Of a DNA stretch of 58,645 bases, positions 1 to 14,213 are shown piece by piece. Source of the stretch: an uncultured Verrucomicrobiota bacterium (GTDB lineage: Bacteria > Verrucomicrobiota > Kiritimatiellia > PWTM01); NCBI GenBank assembly GCA_964423465.1, contig CAYRFK010000004.1, positions 1 to 58,645 on the forward strand, given 5' to 3'. Both the position numbers and the translations under genes were made by a program. Within the stretch, counting starts at the first letter, position 1; the number at the start of each line of letters is the position of its first letter. The notes beneath the pieces are model-generated. The model made no database searches, was not told the DNA's origin, and saw nothing but the letters and a program-made list of their open reading frames with translations.

Positions 1-3227
<3,227 letters not shown>

Positions 3228-3239
3228 TGTTGCAGAGAG

Positions 3240-3268
3240 GGCGCATGTTCCTGTAGCATGCGCCTTTT
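3240..3268 (+). terminator. Intrinsic terminator/attenuator-like hairpin between rpoC and rpsL
   Basis: 8-bp stem GGCGCATG (3240-3247) / CATGCGCC (3257-3264) with a 9-nt loop, followed by TTTT (3265-3268). The rpsL RBS GGAAGGA follows at 3274-3280. Confidence 0.55.
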
Positions 3269-3286
3269 GCCCCGGAAGGAATAATC

Positions 3287-3679
3287 ATGCCGACGATCAA
3301 CCAATTGGTTCGCGTGGGGAGGCGTCCCTCGCGGTCGAAGAGCAAGTCGCCTGCGCTGGCGCGGTGCCCGCAGCGGCGGGGTGTGTGCCTGCTCGTGAAG
3401 ACCATGACCCCGAAGAAGCCGAATTCGGCCCTGCGCAAGATTGCGCGTGTGCGCCTGACGAACGGCTATGAGGTGACCGCCTACATTCCTGGCGAGGGCC
3501 ATAATCTGCAGGAGCACAGCATGGTGCTCGTGCGTGGCGGCCGCGTCAAGGATCTCCCCGGCGTCCGGTATCACATTGTGCGCGGCACGCTGGATGCCCT
3601 GGGCGTCGAAAGTCGCCGCCGCGGGCGTTCGAAGTACGGCGCCAAGCGTCCCAAGAGCACCGAAGCGAAGAAGAAGTAG
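3287..3679 (+). CDS. rpsL: 30S ribosomal protein S12
   Basis: 130 aa, starts MPTINQLVR, contains [10 protein letters not shown]. Conserved str-operon position. Confidence 0.97.
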   Translation: MPTINQLVRVGRRPSRSKSKSPALARCPQRRGVCLLVKTMTPKKPNSALRKIARVRLTNGYEVTAYIPGEGHNLQEHSMVLVRGGRVKDLPGVRYHIVRGTLDALGVESRRRGRSKYGAKRPKSTEAKKK

Positions 3680-3689
3680 CAGGCAAGCC

Positions 3690-4163
3690 ATGGCACGACG
3701 TCGCAAAGCCGAGAAACGTACCCTGATCCCTGATTCGCGGTTCAACAGCCCGCTGGTCGCGCGGATGATCAACGGGATGATGCAGCGGGGCAAGAAGTCC
3801 GTCGCGCAGAGCATCGTCTACGGCGCGATCGACATGATCGGGGAGAAGATCACCTCCGAGCCGGTGCTCGAGGTGCTTGCCCGAGCTCTGGACAACATCA
3901 AGCCGCGCCTCGAGGTCAAGTCCCGCCGGGTCGGCGGCGCGACCTACCAGGTGCCCGTCGAGGTGTCGTCCGAGCGCCAGCTCGCGCTGGCCTTCCGGTG
4001 GCTGAAGCAGTACGCGTCGGGCCGCAAGGGCGTCCCGATGCGTCAGGCGCTCGCGTACGAGTTGATGGACGCGTACAACAATACGGGTTCGGCGATCAAG
4101 AAGCGGGACGATACGCACAAGATGGCCCAGGCCAACAAGGCGTTCGCCCATTACCGCTGGTAG
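3690..4163 (+). CDS. rpsG: 30S ribosomal protein S7
   Basis: ATG at 3690 gives MARRRKAEKRTLIPDSRFNS...AFAHYRW (157 aa). The upstream part of the track ORF overlaps rpsL and is not used. Confidence 0.96.
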   Translation: MARRRKAEKRTLIPDSRFNSPLVARMINGMMQRGKKSVAQSIVYGAIDMIGEKITSEPVLEVLARALDNIKPRLEVKSRRVGGATYQVPVEVSSERQLALAFRWLKQYASGRKGVPMRQALAYELMDAYNNTGSAIKKRDDTHKMAQANKAFAHYRW

Positions 4164-4175
4164 GCGGGCAACCAC

Positions 4176-6311
4176 ATGGTTTCGACGTTGGAACAGACGG
4201 GATCCAGAACGACGGACGGCAATGCCGGCGCCCGCGAGGCGTCCGGTCGCCGCACTGTTCTGGCCCGCCTGCGCAACATCGGAATCGTGGCGCACATCGA
4301 TGCGGGGAAGACCACCGTATCCGAGCGCATTCTCTACTACTCTGGCCGCGTGCACAAGATGGGCGAGGTGCACGAAGGCACGACGGTGATGGACTGGATG
4401 GTGCAGGAGCAGGAGCGCGGCATCACGATCACAAGTGCCGCGACAACGCTCCAGTGGAACGGGCATGCAGTCAACCTGATCGACACCCCGGGGCATGTCG
4501 ACTTCACCGCCGAGGTGGAACGTTCGCTCCGTGTGCTCGACGGCGCCGTTGGCGTCTTCTGCGGTGTGGCGGGCGTCCAGCCGCAATCGGAGACCGTCTG
4601 GCGCCAGGCCAAGCGGTACGGTGTGCCCCGACTGGCCTTCGTCAACAAAATGGATCGCAAGGGCGCGCGTTTCGATTTCGTTGTGGAGAGCCTTCGCGAG
4701 CGCCTTCACGCTCCGGTGGCCGTGATCCAGATTCCGATCGGGGCAGAGGATGGGTTTCGCGGTTGCATCGACTTGATTCGCATGCGTGCACTGGAGTTCG
4801 ATGAATCCGTGCAGGGCGCGCGGGTCGTCCAGCTGCCGGTTCCGTCTGAGCTTTCCGTAGCCGCTGAAGCGGCCCGCGCCGCACTGTGCGAAGTGGTGGC
4901 CGAGGCCGACGAGGCGTCACTTGATGCCTATATGGCGTCGCCGGACCTTCCCGCCGACGTCCTGATCGCGGGACTGCGGCGTGCCACCATCGCCTGTCGG
5001 CTCGTGCCGGTTCTCTGCGGGTCGGCGCTGCATAACAAGGGCATCCAGCCGCTTCTCGATGCCGTGGTAGATTTCCTCCCCTCGCCCTTGGATGTTCCGG
5101 CGATCCGTGGCCACCACCCGAAGACAGGAGTGGAGATCGATCGTCAGGCGAGCGATGCGGAACCGATGGCGGCCCTGGCCTTCAAGATCGCGACGGATCC
5201 CTATGTGGGCAAGCTCGCTTTCCTGCGTATCTATTCCGGCGTACTCAAGAAGGGGCAGAACGTTTTCAATCCGCGGACGCGGAAGCGTGAGCGCGTGCAG
5301 CGGATCGTCGCCATGCACGCCAATCATCGCGAGGATGTCGACGCACTTCACGCGGGCGAGATCGGCGGCCTTGCGGGAATGAAGGGACTGACGACTGGCG
5401 ATACGCTGTGTGCCGAGAACCAGCCCGTTCTTCTCGAGCGGATTCAGTTCCCCGAGCCTGTCATCGCGATGGCCATTGAGCCCCGAACCTCGGCGGACCG
5501 TCCCTCGCTGGACGCTGCCCTTGCCGCCTTGGCCGAGGAGGATCCGACATTCCGAGTCTCAGTGGATGGCGAGACCGGGCAGACGCTGATCAGCGGCATG
5601 GGCGAGCTGCACTTGGAGATCATCCGCGATCGGCTGATTCGCGAGTTCCGGGTGCAGGGGAATGCCGGGCGCCCGATGGTCTCCTATCGTGAGACCATCA
5701 CGAAGACGGACTCAGCCTCGCATCGTTTTCAGCGGGAGATCGGCGGAGCCGTTCAGTTCGCCGAGGTCGAGCTCGCGGTGGGGCCCAGTCCCCGCGGAGC
5801 AGGCAATACTGTGGTCTTTGACGTGGCGGAGAAGCAGATTCCGCCGGAGTTCCGCGACGCCGTTGAAGAGGGTGTGCGCGACGCGCTGTTGACGGGGGTG
5901 TTGGGCAGTTATGCACTCGTCGACGTTGCCGTGCGGGTGACCGGGGGCGTCTTCCGCGAGGAGGACTCGACCGAGGTCGCCTTCAAGACTGCGGCGGTCA
6001 TGGCCCTCCGCGAGGCGCTCGGCGCTGCGGGGCCTGTGCTGCTGGAGCCTGTGATGGCGGTCGAGGTTGTCACGCCGGATGCCCACATGGGTGACGTACT
6101 TTCGGATCTCAGCGCGCGGCGGGGCCGCGTGAAGGAGATGGAGGCGCAGGATGGCTCGCAGGTCGTGCGGGCCGAGGCGCCGCTGGTGGAAATGTTCGGC
6201 TATGCAACGGCCTTGCGGTCTCTGACCAAGGGACGGGCTAGCTATACGATGGAACCCCGGTGCTTCGAGGTTGTCCCCGAAGCGCTTCAGGGGGCGATTC
6301 TGAACCGTTAG
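4176..6311 (+). CDS. fusA: Elongation factor G, with roughly 25 extra N-terminal residues
   Basis: 711 aa. GTPase motifs [17 protein letters not shown] and NKMD, plus RGITI. Follows rpsG. Confidence 0.95.
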   Translation: MVSTLEQTGSRTTDGNAGAREASGRRTVLARLRNIGIVAHIDAGKTTVSERILYYSGRVHKMGEVHEGTTVMDWMVQEQERGITITSAATTLQWNGHAVNLIDTPGHVDFTAEVERSLRVLDGAVGVFCGVAGVQPQSETVWRQAKRYGVPRLAFVNKMDRKGARFDFVVESLRERLHAPVAVIQIPIGAEDGFRGCIDLIRMRALEFDESVQGARVVQLPVPSELSVAAEAARAALCEVVAEADEASLDAYMASPDLPADVLIAGLRRATIACRLVPVLCGSALHNKGIQPLLDAVVDFLPSPLDVPAIRGHHPKTGVEIDRQASDAEPMAALAFKIATDPYVGKLAFLRIYSGVLKKGQNVFNPRTRKRERVQRIVAMHANHREDVDALHAGEIGGLAGMKGLTTGDTLCAENQPVLLERIQFPEPVIAMAIEPRTSADRPSLDAALAALAEEDPTFRVSVDGETGQTLISGMGELHLEIIRDRLIREFRVQGNAGRPMVSYRETITKTDSASHRFQREIGGAVQFAEVELAVGPSPRGAGNTVVFDVAEKQIPPEFRDAVEEGVRDALLTGVLGSYALVDVAVRVTGGVFREEDSTEVAFKTAAVMALREALGAAGPVLLEPVMAVEVVTPDAHMGDVLSDLSARRGRVKEMEAQDGSQVVRAEAPLVEMFGYATALRSLTKGRASYTMEPRCFEVVPEALQGAILNR

Positions 6312-6321
6312 AAAGGGAGCC

Positions 6322-6630
6322 ATGACCGGACAGCGGATACGCATCAGGTTGCGCGGCTACGACCACCGGGTGCTCGACCAGTCGGCCTCGGATATCGTCG
6401 AGACGGCCAAGCGCACGGGGGCGAGGGTGGCGGGCCCGATTCCGCTGCCGACGCGGCGGGAGCGGTACACCGTGAACCGGAGCCCTCACGCGGACAAGAA
6501 ATCGATGGACCAGTTCGAGATCCGCACGCACAAGCGGATCCTGGACATCATCGGCCCGACAGCCAAGACGGTGGACGAGCTCAAGAAGCTCAACCTCCCG
6601 GCCGGCGTCGACATCACGATCAAGGTGTGA
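6322..6630 (+). CDS. rpsJ: 30S ribosomal protein S10
   Basis: 102 aa, [19 protein letters not shown].... RBS GGGAG lies upstream. It starts 10 nt after the fusA stop. Confidence 0.96.
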   Translation: MTGQRIRIRLRGYDHRVLDQSASDIVETAKRTGARVAGPIPLPTRRERYTVNRSPHADKKSMDQFEIRTHKRILDIIGPTAKTVDELKKLNLPAGVDITIKV

Positions 6631-6635
6631 CCAGC

Positions 6636-7271
6636 ATGAACGCATTGATCGGAAGAAAATTGGGCATGACCCGCGTCTTTGACGCCGAGGGCCGCCAGGT
6701 GCCGGTAACGGTGCTGCAGGCGGGGCCTTGCACGGTCGTGCAGCGCAAGACCGCGGCAACTGACGGCTATGAGGCCGCGCAGCTTGGATTCGAGGAGCAA
6801 AAGGCCTCGCGTCTTGGGCGGCCGGTGGCCGGGCACTGCAAGAAGGCCGGCGTCAGCCCGTTCCGCGTCCTCCGGGAAGTTCCCGTCGGTGCGGATGAGG
6901 CGGCCAAGGCTGGCGATGCTGTGACGGTCTCGATCTTTGAGAAGGGCGGGTTCGTGGACATCACGGGCATCTCGAAGGGGCGTGGCTTCCAGGGCGTCAT
7001 GCGGCGTCACAACATGTCGGGTCAGCCGGCGGCGCACGGGCATACGATGCACCGGCGTGTCGGATCGGTCGGCATGCGCGAGCTGCCCGGGCGGCTTCTG
7101 AAGAACAAGCGGCTGCCGGGACACATGGGCAGCGCCCGCGTTACCACGCAGCATCTGCAGGCCGTTGAAGTCCGCACGGATGACAGCCTCCTTCTGGTGC
7201 ACGGCTCCGTGCCGGGACCGGTCGGCGGTCTCGTGGAGATCCGCAAGTCCATCAAGAAGGCGTCGAAGTGA
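6636..7271 (+). CDS. rplC: 50S ribosomal protein L3
   Basis: [16 protein letters not shown]... from ATG 6636. An alternative GTG at 6627 would overlap the rpsJ stop (GTGA). Confidence 0.93.
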   Translation: MNALIGRKLGMTRVFDAEGRQVPVTVLQAGPCTVVQRKTAATDGYEAAQLGFEEQKASRLGRPVAGHCKKAGVSPFRVLREVPVGADEAAKAGDAVTVSIFEKGGFVDITGISKGRGFQGVMRRHNMSGQPAAHGHTMHRRVGSVGMRELPGRLLKNKRLPGHMGSARVTTQHLQAVEVRTDDSLLLVHGSVPGPVGGLVEIRKSIKKASK

Positions 7272-7918
7272 CCATGAGCAAGCTGACTGTGACAAACATG
7301 AAGGGCGAGCGCGTCGGCGACCTTGAATGGTCGGACGGTCTGCTCGTGCTCGATCGTGGCGACCAGGCCGTTCATGACGCCGTGGTGGCTCATGACGCGG
7401 CGCGTCGGGCAGGATCGGCCGATACGCTCGGCAAGGGTGCGGTGGCGGGCGGCAATAGGAAGCCGTGGCGCCAGGGGGGCACCGGCCGTGCGCGTGCCGG
7501 CTACCGTCAGTCGCCGGTGTGGCGTGGCGGTGGCGTGGCCCACGGTCCTCATCCGCGTGATTATGCCAAGCCTCTGCCCAAGAAGATGGCGCGTCTTGCC
7601 TTTGCGCGGGCACTCAGTTCGCGCGTCGCAGCGGGCGAGGTGGCGGTCATGGATTCCCTCGAGATCGCGGAGCCGAAGACCAAGCTGGTCGTTGCGCTTC
7701 AGAAGGCGCTGAAGGCCGAGAAGGGACTCCTCATCGTTGTCGACCGGGTGGATGGAAACCTCACGAAGGCCTCGCGGAATCTTGCGAAGGTCGAGGTGGT
7801 GGCGGCAAAGGACGTGGATACGTACACCGTGCTTCGGTACGCGAACATCGTGGCGACACGCCCGGCGATGGACGTGCTGGCGACCCGGCTGGCGGCGTGC
7901 GGGAGGAAGGCGGAATGA
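7268..7918 (+). CDS. rplD: 50S ribosomal protein L4
   Basis: GTG 7268 overlaps the rplC stop (GTGA); an alternative ATG lies at 7274. Contains [18 protein letters not shown]. Syntenic position. Confidence 0.93.
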   Translation: MTMSKLTVTNMKGERVGDLEWSDGLLVLDRGDQAVHDAVVAHDAARRAGSADTLGKGAVAGGNRKPWRQGGTGRARAGYRQSPVWRGGGVAHGPHPRDYAKPLPKKMARLAFARALSSRVAAGEVAVMDSLEIAEPKTKLVVALQKALKAEKGLLIVVDRVDGNLTKASRNLAKVEVVAAKDVDTYTVLRYANIVATRPAMDVLATRLAACGRKAE

Positions 7919-8196
7919 AGCCGGCGGAACTAATCATCGACCGGGTCCTCGTGACGGAGAAGGGTACGCGGCTTGCCGCAGAGAACAAGTACCAGTTCGC
8001 CGTCGGGCGGGATGCCAACAAACCCGAGATCAAGAGGGCCGTCGAACAACTGTTCGGCGTGCACGTGACGGATGTTCACACCATGAACCGCGCCGGCAAG
8101 TGGAAGCGTGGTCGCACGTCGCATGCCGGTCGCACCTCCGATTGGAAGCGGGCGATCGTCACGCTCAAGACCGGCGAATCGATCAATCTGACCTGA
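7915..8196 (+). CDS. rplW: 50S ribosomal protein L23
   Basis: ATG 7915 overlaps the rplD stop (ATGA) and is preceded by GGAAGG. Translation starts [17 protein letters not shown].... Confidence 0.93.
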   Translation: MKPAELIIDRVLVTEKGTRLAAENKYQFAVGRDANKPEIKRAVEQLFGVHVTDVHTMNRAGKWKRGRTSHAGRTSDWKRAIVTLKTGESINLT

Positions 8197-8206
8197 GGCA
8201 AGAGCC

Positions 8207-9031
8207 ATGGCCCTGAAATCCAGCAAACCCTATACGCCGAGCCGCCGGTTCACGGAACTTCCGGCCTTCGACGAGATCACCAAGAGCACGCCGGAGAAGT
8301 CGCTTCTCGTTCCGCACAAGCGGGCGAGCGGGCGAAACATGTACGGGCGTGTGACGGTCCGCCACCGCGGCGGCGGACATAAGCGGCACTACCGCATCAT
8401 CGATTTTCGTCGGGACAAGACGGACATCCCGGCGAAGGTTGCCGCAATTGAGTACGATCCGAACCGATCCGCGCGCATCGCGCTGCTTCACTACGCGGAC
8501 GGCGAGAAGCGGTACATTCTCGCGCCTAACGGCTTGGCGGTCGGCGCCACCGTGGTCAGCGGCGCCAAGGCCGAGCCGCAGGTCGGCAACACGCTTCCGC
8601 TCGCGCTGATCCCTCTGGGTCTGCCCGTGCACAACATCGAGATGCGCCCCGGCGGCGGCGGCAAGATCGCCCGCTCTGCCGGCCAGGAGGTGCAGTTGAT
8701 GTCTCGCGAAGGCGGCTACGCGAACCTGCGCCTGCCGTCGGGCGAAATCCGAAGGATCTCGGATGCGTGCATGGCGACCATCGGGCAGGTTGGAAATCTC
8801 GAGCACGAGAACGTCTCCCTGGGCAAGGCGGGGCGCAAGCGCTGGCTGGGCATCCGCCCAACCGTGCGCGGCGTCGCGATGAACCCGGTGGACCATCCGA
8901 TGGGCGGCGGCGAGGGCCGGACGTCGGGCGGCGGTCCGCCCGTGACGCCGTGGGGCGTCCAGACCAAGGGCAAGAAGACCCGCCGGCGTCGGAAGACGTC
9001 GGGCCGTTTCATCATCCAGCGGAGAAAGTAA
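8207..9031 (+). CDS. rplB: 50S ribosomal protein L2
   Basis: 274 aa; contains [16 protein letters not shown] and [13 protein letters not shown]. Confidence 0.97.
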   Translation: MALKSSKPYTPSRRFTELPAFDEITKSTPEKSLLVPHKRASGRNMYGRVTVRHRGGGHKRHYRIIDFRRDKTDIPAKVAAIEYDPNRSARIALLHYADGEKRYILAPNGLAVGATVVSGAKAEPQVGNTLPLALIPLGLPVHNIEMRPGGGGKIARSAGQEVQLMSREGGYANLRLPSGEIRRISDACMATIGQVGNLEHENVSLGKAGRKRWLGIRPTVRGVAMNPVDHPMGGGEGRTSGGGPPVTPWGVQTKGKKTRRRRKTSGRFIIQRRK

Positions 9032-9034
9032 GCC

Positions 9035-9319
9035 ATGGCTCGATCGGTCAAGAAGGGTCCGTTTGTCGACGACCACCTGATGAAGAAGGTGGATCGTCTC
9101 AACCAGACGGGCGAGAAGCGGCAGATCAGGACTTGGTCGCGCCGCTCGATGATCACGCCCGATTTCATCGGGCACACGTTCCTCGTGCACAACGGCAAGA
9201 CGTTTGTGTCGGTGTACGTCACGGAGAACATGGTCGGCCACCGGCTCGGGGAGTTTTCGCCGACGCGGGTGTTCAAGAAGCACGGCGCGGCTACGGACAA
9301 GACGGTGGCGTTGAAGTAA
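9035..9319 (+). CDS. rpsS: 30S ribosomal protein S19
   Basis: 94 aa, [15 protein letters not shown]...; contains HNGK.F and GHRLGEF. Confidence 0.97.
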   Translation: MARSVKKGPFVDDHLMKKVDRLNQTGEKRQIRTWSRRSMITPDFIGHTFLVHNGKTFVSVYVTENMVGHRLGEFSPTRVFKKHGAATDKTVALK

Positions 9320-9455
9320 GCGGAATCTGCACGTCTCTCCTTGCATTCGGTGGGGCGACGCGTACAATCGCGCGCTTCGCCCACGCAAGGCGGAAATGTG
9401 CGGCGGCCTGAGCGGCCGTCCGGCACCCGCCGGAGCCCGGGAAACGGAAAAGCGT

Positions 9456-9794
9456 ATGGACATTGTTGCGACATCACGGTATGTGCGCCTGTCGCCGAAG
9501 AAGGCGCGTGATTTTGCTCGGGATCTGCAGGGCCGGGCTGTGCCCGTCGCGCTGAGCCTGACGCAGTTCAGCGATCGCAAGGCGGCGGTCTGTCTGGGGA
9601 AGACTCTCCGTTCGGCGATCGCGAATGCGGAGAATAATCACAAGTTGTCGGCCGAGGAGCTGGTGGTGAAGGAAGCCGTCGTCGAGGAGGGCCCGCGCCT
9701 GAAGCGCTGGATGGCCGTCTCCCGGGGTTCGGCGCATCCGATCCAGCGCCGGCTGAGCCACGTTCGCATTGTGTTGTCGGACGGCAAGGCATAG
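9456..9794 (+). CDS. rplV: 50S ribosomal protein L22
   Basis: ATG 9456 gives MDIVATSRYVRLSPKKARD... (112 aa). The track ORF start at 9396 adds a non-L22-like leader. Confidence 0.93.
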   Translation: MDIVATSRYVRLSPKKARDFARDLQGRAVPVALSLTQFSDRKAAVCLGKTLRSAIANAENNHKLSAEELVVKEAVVEEGPRLKRWMAVSRGSAHPIQRRLSHVRIVLSDGKA

Positions 9795-9828
9795 GCCGGC
9801 CGCGAGTTTTTGAGGAAAGGAGCCCGCT

Positions 9829-10506
9829 GTGGGCCAAAAAGTCAATCCAATCGGGATGCGCGTGACGGTCACGAAGGACTGGCGCTCGCGCTGGTTCGCC
9901 GACAAGAAGTCGTACGGGACGTTCGCGCTGGAGGACGACGAGATCCGCAGGCTGGTCAAGAGCCGGCTGAAGGATGCGGCCGTTCCGGAGGTGCTGATCG
10001 AGCGCCACGCCAATCTTGCTCGCATCACCGTGCTGACGGCCCGCCCGGGCATCGTGATCGGTCGCAAGGGTCAGGACGTCGAGACGCTTCGGCAGCAACT
10101 CGCAAAGAGGACCGGTAAGGAGATCTACATCGAGATCCGCGAGGTTCGTGATGCCGATCGCAATGCGCAGCTCGTCGCCGAGGGCATCGCCTCGCAGCTT
10201 GAGCGCCGGGTCTCCTTCCGCCGCGCTGTGAAGCGCGCCGCGCAGATGGCAATGGATCTGGGTGCCGATGGTATCCGCATCCACCTCGCCGGGCGCTTGG
10301 GCGGATCCGAGTTGGCGCGTCGCGAGAGCCTTCGCCAGGGCAAGGTTCCGCTGCATACGCTGCGGGAGAAGATTGACTACGGATTTGCCGAGGCCCTCAC
10401 GATGGCGGGCAAGATCGGCGTCAAGGTCTGGATCTGTCACAAGGCGGACGAGGCGGCCGCGCCGGCCTACGCCAGGAAGGAGCGCACCCATGCCGCTTAT
10501 GCCTAA
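9829..10506 (+). CDS. rpsC: 30S ribosomal protein S3
   Basis: 225 aa, GTG start, [12 protein letters not shown]..., KH-domain region. Syntenic position. Confidence 0.96.
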   Translation: MGQKVNPIGMRVTVTKDWRSRWFADKKSYGTFALEDDEIRRLVKSRLKDAAVPEVLIERHANLARITVLTARPGIVIGRKGQDVETLRQQLAKRTGKEIYIEIREVRDADRNAQLVAEGIASQLERRVSFRRAVKRAAQMAMDLGADGIRIHLAGRLGGSELARRESLRQGKVPLHTLREKIDYGFAEALTMAGKIGVKVWICHKADEAAAPAYARKERTHAAYA

Positions 10507-10909
10507 ACGGGTGAAGTTCCGCAAGCAGCAGCGCGGATCGCGCAAGGGGACGGCCCAGACGGGGAATACCCTCGCGTTCGGCGAGTACGGGCTGCAGTCC
10601 CTGGAGCGCGCATGGATCACGAACATTCAGATCGAGGCGTGCCGTGTCGCCATCAACCGCTTCATGAAGCGCAAGGGTCGTTTGTGGCTCAGAATCTATC
10701 CGGACAAGCCGTACACGAAGAAGCCGCTTGAGACGCGCATGGGTAAGGGCAAGGGCGCGGTGGAGACGTGGGTGGCGGTCGTGCGGCCCGGGACGATGAT
10801 GTTTGAAATGGATGGCGTGCCCGAGGCCCAGGCGCGTGAAGCGCTCCGTCTGGCGGCATTCAAGCTGCCGGTTCGGTCGCGATTTGTCGCGCGCCATGCT
10901 CGGGCCTGA
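10490..10909 (+). CDS. rplP: 50S ribosomal protein L16
   Basis: ATG 10490 gives [24 protein letters not shown] lies 8 nt upstream. The gene overlaps the rpsC 3' end. An alternative ATG lies at 10499. Confidence 0.93.
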   Translation: MPLMPKRVKFRKQQRGSRKGTAQTGNTLAFGEYGLQSLERAWITNIQIEACRVAINRFMKRKGRLWLRIYPDKPYTKKPLETRMGKGKGAVETWVAVVRPGTMMFEMDGVPEAQAREALRLAAFKLPVRSRFVARHARA

Positions 10910-10928
10910 CGGAGGCGGGGAGACACGG

Positions 10929-11126
10929 ATGAAGGCTCGGGAAGTACGCGAATTGACGGATGATGAGTTGCGGGTGCGGATGGATCAGTCGCGCCGCGAA
11001 CTCTTCAATCTGCGGATGCAGCAGTCGGCGGCCCAGGTCGAGAAGCCGTCGCGGATCCGCGAACTGCGCCGGGATACGGCGCGCATGATGACGGTCGTGA
11101 CCGAACGGGAGAGGGGTGCGAAATGA
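10929..11126 (+). CDS. rpmC: 50S ribosomal protein L29
   Basis: ATG 10929 gives [31 protein letters not shown] (65 aa). Confidence 0.93.
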   Translation: MKAREVRELTDDELRVRMDQSRRELFNLRMQQSAAQVEKPSRIRELRRDTARMMTVVTERERGAK

Positions 11127-11422
11127 CAGAAGCGACGCCGCAAAACACCCGCCGCGGACACCGCAAGGAGCGGGTCGGCGAGGTCGTCAGCGACGCGATG
11201 GACAAGACCATCGTGGTCCGCGTCGAGCGCCGCATCCGGCACGCCCTGTACGGCAAGGAAATGCGGACGTTTTCGAAGTTTCACGCGCATGACGAGAAGA
11301 ACGAGGCCCGCAAGGGTGACCGGGTTCGCATCGTCGAGACGCGTCCCTTGAGCCGCCTGAAGCGCTGGCGCCTTCTCGAAATCGTCGGGCGCACCGCCAC
11401 GGAAGGCGGGGCCGGGGCATGA
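11123..11422 (+). CDS. rpsQ: 30S ribosomal protein S17
   Basis: 99 aa. ATGA overlap with rpmC. Contains [10 protein letters not shown] and ...RWRLLEIV. Confidence 0.94.
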   Translation: MTEATPQNTRRGHRKERVGEVVSDAMDKTIVVRVERRIRHALYGKEMRTFSKFHAHDEKNEARKGDRVRIVETRPLSRLKRWRLLEIVGRTATEGGAGA

Positions 11423-11784
11423 TCGGACTGCGAACCACCATGGAAGTGGCGGACAACACGGGAGCCCAGCGCGCCCAGTGTATCCGCGTGCTTGGGCACG
11501 TGCGGGATTTTGCCGCGATCGGTGACATCATCCGCGTGTCGATCAAGGAAGCCACGCCGCATGGCATGGTCAAGAAGGGCGAAGTCCACAAGGCGGTGGT
11601 CGTTCGGACGAACCATGCCATCCGCCGGGCCGATGGGTCCTCCCTTCGTTTCGACACGAATGCGGTTGTGCTGGTCGACGATCAGCTGAATCCGCGCGGG
11701 ACCCGAATTTTCGGCCCTGTGGCCCGAGAACTCCGCGATAAGAACTTTATGAAGATCATCTCGCTGGCACCGGAGGTCGTGTGA
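11419..11784 (+). CDS. rplN: 50S ribosomal protein L14
   Basis: 121 aa. ATGA overlap with rpsQ. Contains ...VADNTGAQ.... Confidence 0.96.
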   Translation: MIGLRTTMEVADNTGAQRAQCIRVLGHVRDFAAIGDIIRVSIKEATPHGMVKKGEVHKAVVVRTNHAIRRADGSSLRFDTNAVVLVDDQLNPRGTRIFGPVARELRDKNFMKIISLAPEVV

Positions 11785-11785
11785 C

Positions 11786-12073
11786 ATGAAGCGCAAGACC
11801 GTACCGAATGTCAGGCCCGTCGCTGTCGCCTTCAAAAAGGGTGACATCGTGTTCGTGCTCTCCGGAGAGAGCAAAGGCAAGACGGGCAAGGTCCTCCAGG
11901 TGCTTCCCGGCAGTGGCCGCGCCCTGGTCGAAGGTATCAATCTGGTGAAGAAACACATGCGCAAGACGCAGGAGAATCCCAAGGGCGGCATCATCGAGAA
12001 GGAAGCCCCCCTTGCGGCCTGCAAACTGCGCGTATTCGACCCCGCTCACAAGACGGCGGGGAAGCCGGCCTGA
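11786..12073 (+). CDS. rplX: 50S ribosomal protein L24
   Basis: 95 aa. KOW-type motif [23 protein letters not shown]. Confidence 0.94.
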   Translation: MKRKTVPNVRPVAVAFKKGDIVFVLSGESKGKTGKVLQVLPGSGRALVEGINLVKKHMRKTQENPKGGIIEKEAPLAACKLRVFDPAHKTAGKPA

Positions 12074-12098
12074 GGCAGGGGCTTGGCGGGGGACTGAC

Positions 12099-12638
12099 AT
12101 GACGGCTCGACTCAAGGAAACGTACCGGACCGAAGTGGTCGCGGCGATGAAGAAGGATCGCGGCTATGCGAATGCGATGCAGGTGCCGCGCATCCAAAAG
12201 ATCGTCCTGAACATGGGGTTTGATGCGGACACGGATCGCGATACCATGAAGATCCTCGTGGAGGATCTCGGTAGGATCGCCGGCCAGAAGGCGGTGGTGA
12301 CCCAGGCGCGGAAGAGCATTTCGAATTTCCGCCTGCGCGAAGGCATGGCGATCGGTGCGCGCGTGACGCTGCGTGGCGCGCGCATGTATGAGTTTCTTGA
12401 CCGCTTCATCGCGGCCGCCCTGCCGCGCATCCGCGACTTTCGCGGTGTGCCCGGGCGGAGCTTCGACGGACGGGGCAACTACACGCTCGGCGTGAAGGAG
12501 CAGACGATCTTCCCGGAAATCAATCCGGACCAGGTGAAGAAGGTGCAGGGCATGGACATCACGTTCGTCACGAACGCAGCGACGGACGACGAGGCGCGCG
12601 ATTTGCTGCGCCGTCTTGGCATGCCTTTCGCAAAGTAA
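12099..12638 (+). CDS. rplE: 50S ribosomal protein L5
   Basis: ATG 12099 gives [19 protein letters not shown]... (179 aa). Syntenic position. Confidence 0.94.
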   Translation: MTARLKETYRTEVVAAMKKDRGYANAMQVPRIQKIVLNMGFDADTDRDTMKILVEDLGRIAGQKAVVTQARKSISNFRLREGMAIGARVTLRGARMYEFLDRFIAAALPRIRDFRGVPGRSFDGRGNYTLGVKEQTIFPEINPDQVKKVQGMDITFVTNAATDDEARDLLRRLGMPFAK

Positions 12639-12660
12639 CGCGGGCGACGGAGGAACGGTC

Positions 12661-12846
12661 GTGGCGACGAAGGCTTGGGAAGCGAAACAGAAGCGTGCTC
12701 CGAAATTCTCGGTGCGCAAGTACAACCGTTGCCAGCGCTGCGGGCGCCGGCATGCATACATGCGGAAGTTTCAGATGTGCCGCATCTGCTTCCGTGAGCT
12801 TGCCCTGGAGGGCAAGCTCCCGGGCGTGACGAAAGCCAGTTGGTAG
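12661..12846 (+). CDS. rpsN: 30S ribosomal protein S14, zinc-binding type Z (61 aa)
   Basis: GTG 12661 is preceded by GGAGGA (12650-12655). CxxC...CxxC signature ([20 protein letters not shown]). C-terminal end GVTKASW. Confidence 0.9.
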   Translation: MATKAWEAKQKRAPKFSVRKYNRCQRCGRRHAYMRKFQMCRICFRELALEGKLPGVTKASW

Positions 12847-12861
12847 GACGGAGACGCGACG

Positions 12862-13275
12862 ATGAGCTTGTGTGATCCCGTGGCGGATATGTTCAACCGC
12901 ATCCGGAATGCCGGTCAGGCGCGCCACGATAGCGTGGACGTGCCGCACTCGGCCCTCAAGGGCGAGATATGCGGCGTGCTGAAGCGCGAGGGCTTCATCC
13001 GAAGCTTTGCTGCGGAGGGCGAGGGGAGCACGAAGGTGCTTCGCGTTCAGCTCAAGTATGACAAGCCCGGTCAGTCGGCCGACCGGCTGCACGTCATCCG
13101 CGGGATCGAGCGTATCAGCAAGGCGGGGTGCCGCCGCTATTCGTCGGCCGCCAAGCTGCCCCGCGTCCGGAGCGGTACGGGCATGGCCATCCTGACCACA
13201 TCCAAGGGGCTGATGACCGACCGTGACGCGCGGCGCCAGTCGATCGGCGGCGAAGTGCTCTGTCATATTTGGTAA
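12862..13275 (+). CDS. rpsH: 30S ribosomal protein S8
   Basis: 137 aa, MSLCDPVADMFNRIRNA.... Syntenic position. Confidence 0.96.
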   Translation: MSLCDPVADMFNRIRNAGQARHDSVDVPHSALKGEICGVLKREGFIRSFAAEGEGSTKVLRVQLKYDKPGQSADRLHVIRGIERISKAGCRRYSSAAKLPRVRSGTGMAILTTSKGLMTDRDARRQSIGGEVLCHIW

Positions 13276-13301
13276 CGCCGCGGAGAAACGGGGAATCAAT
13301 C

Positions 13302-13838
13302 ATGTCGAGACTCGGGGATCAACCGGTGGCCGTGCCTGCGGGCGTGAACGTCACGTTCGACGGCGCGAAGGTCAGGGCGAAGGGGCCGAAGGGCGAGATG
13401 GTCGTGTCGTGCCCGGACGGCATCACGGCGGCAATCGAGGGGCAGCAACTCATCGTCAAGCGCCGTGACAACTCCACGCCGCAGAAACGCCAGCACGGAA
13501 CGACGCGCTCGTTGATCGCCGGCGCCGTGGTGGGCGTGCATGAGGGCTACCTCAAGGTGATGGAGATCCAGGGCGTCGGCTTTCGCGCGCAGGCGCAGGG
13601 CCAGAAGCTGACGATGAGTCTCGGGTACTCGCATCCGATCATTTTCGAGGTTCCGGCCGCGCTGAAGCTTGAGGTGCCGGACCAGACGACGGTTCGCGTC
13701 AGTGGCTGCGACAAACATCTCGTCGGCGAGATCGCCGCGCAGATCCGGAATTTCTACCGGGCCGAGCCCTATAAGGGCAAGGGCGTCCGGTACAAGGGTG
13801 AACACGTACGGCGCAAGGCCGGCAAGACGGTGGCGTAA
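13302..13838 (+). CDS. rplF: 50S ribosomal protein L6
   Basis: ATG 13302 gives [15 protein letters not shown]... (178 aa); contains [13 protein letters not shown]. Confidence 0.94.
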   Translation: MSRLGDQPVAVPAGVNVTFDGAKVRAKGPKGEMVVSCPDGITAAIEGQQLIVKRRDNSTPQKRQHGTTRSLIAGAVVGVHEGYLKVMEIQGVGFRAQAQGQKLTMSLGYSHPIIFEVPAALKLEVPDQTTVRVSGCDKHLVGEIAAQIRNFYRAEPYKGKGVRYKGEHVRRKAGKTVA

Positions 13839-13840
13839 GC

Positions 13841-14203
13841 ATGAAAGTCAAGACAAAGGCCGACTATCGGACGCGCCGGCATCTCCGGCTGCGGAAACGA
13901 ATTCAAGGCACCGCGGGCAGGCCGCGCATGAGCGTATTCATGAGCCAACGGCATGCCACCGTACAGTTTATCGACGACGCATCCGGCGCGACGATTGCCG
14001 CGGTCTCGACGCTGGCCGGCGAATTGAAGGCCTTCGCGGGCCGTGTGACGGTGGTCGCCGCGAAGAAGGTGGGCGAGGCGGCCGCCGGCGCCGCCAAGGC
14101 GCAGGGCATCGCCACGGTCGTGTTCGACCGCGGCGGGTTCAGGTTCGGCGGGCGCATCAAGGCGCTGGCCGACGCGGCGCGCGAAGCCGGACTCAAGTTC
14201 TGA
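13841..14203 (+). CDS. rplR: 50S ribosomal protein L18
   Basis: 120 aa; contains [12 protein letters not shown] and [28 protein letters not shown]. Confidence 0.96.
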   Translation: MKVKTKADYRTRRHLRLRKRIQGTAGRPRMSVFMSQRHATVQFIDDASGATIAAVSTLAGELKAFAGRVTVVAAKKVGEAAAGAAKAQGIATVVFDRGGFRFGGRIKALADAAREAGLKF

Positions 14204-14213
14204 CCCGGGAGCT

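Noticed and set aside
3546-4709. 387-aa minus-strand ORF antisense to rpsG/fusA. The same pattern recurs with many other long antisense or out-of-frame ORFs:
- 8183-9580 (-)
- 15147-16625 (-)
- 16483-17886 (-)
- 18507-19883 (-)
- 20023-21315 (-)
- 27070-29448 (-)
- 29872-32508 (-)
- 32748-34553 (-)
- 45591-47456 (+)
- 48697-51084 (-)
- 51098-52786 (-)
- 56858-57898 (+)
   Set aside because: Each lies opposite to, or out of frame with, a gene that has unmistakable family motifs. Their translations are Arg/Pro/Gly/Ala-rich with no recognisable motifs. Stop-free alternative frames are expected at this G+C content.
9396-9455. Upstream start for rplV that would fill the rpsS-rplV gap
   Set aside because: The extra 20 residues (MCGGLSGRPAPAGARETEKR) are not L22-like. 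ATG 9456 gives the canonical L22 N-terminus. The gap is therefore treated as non-coding.
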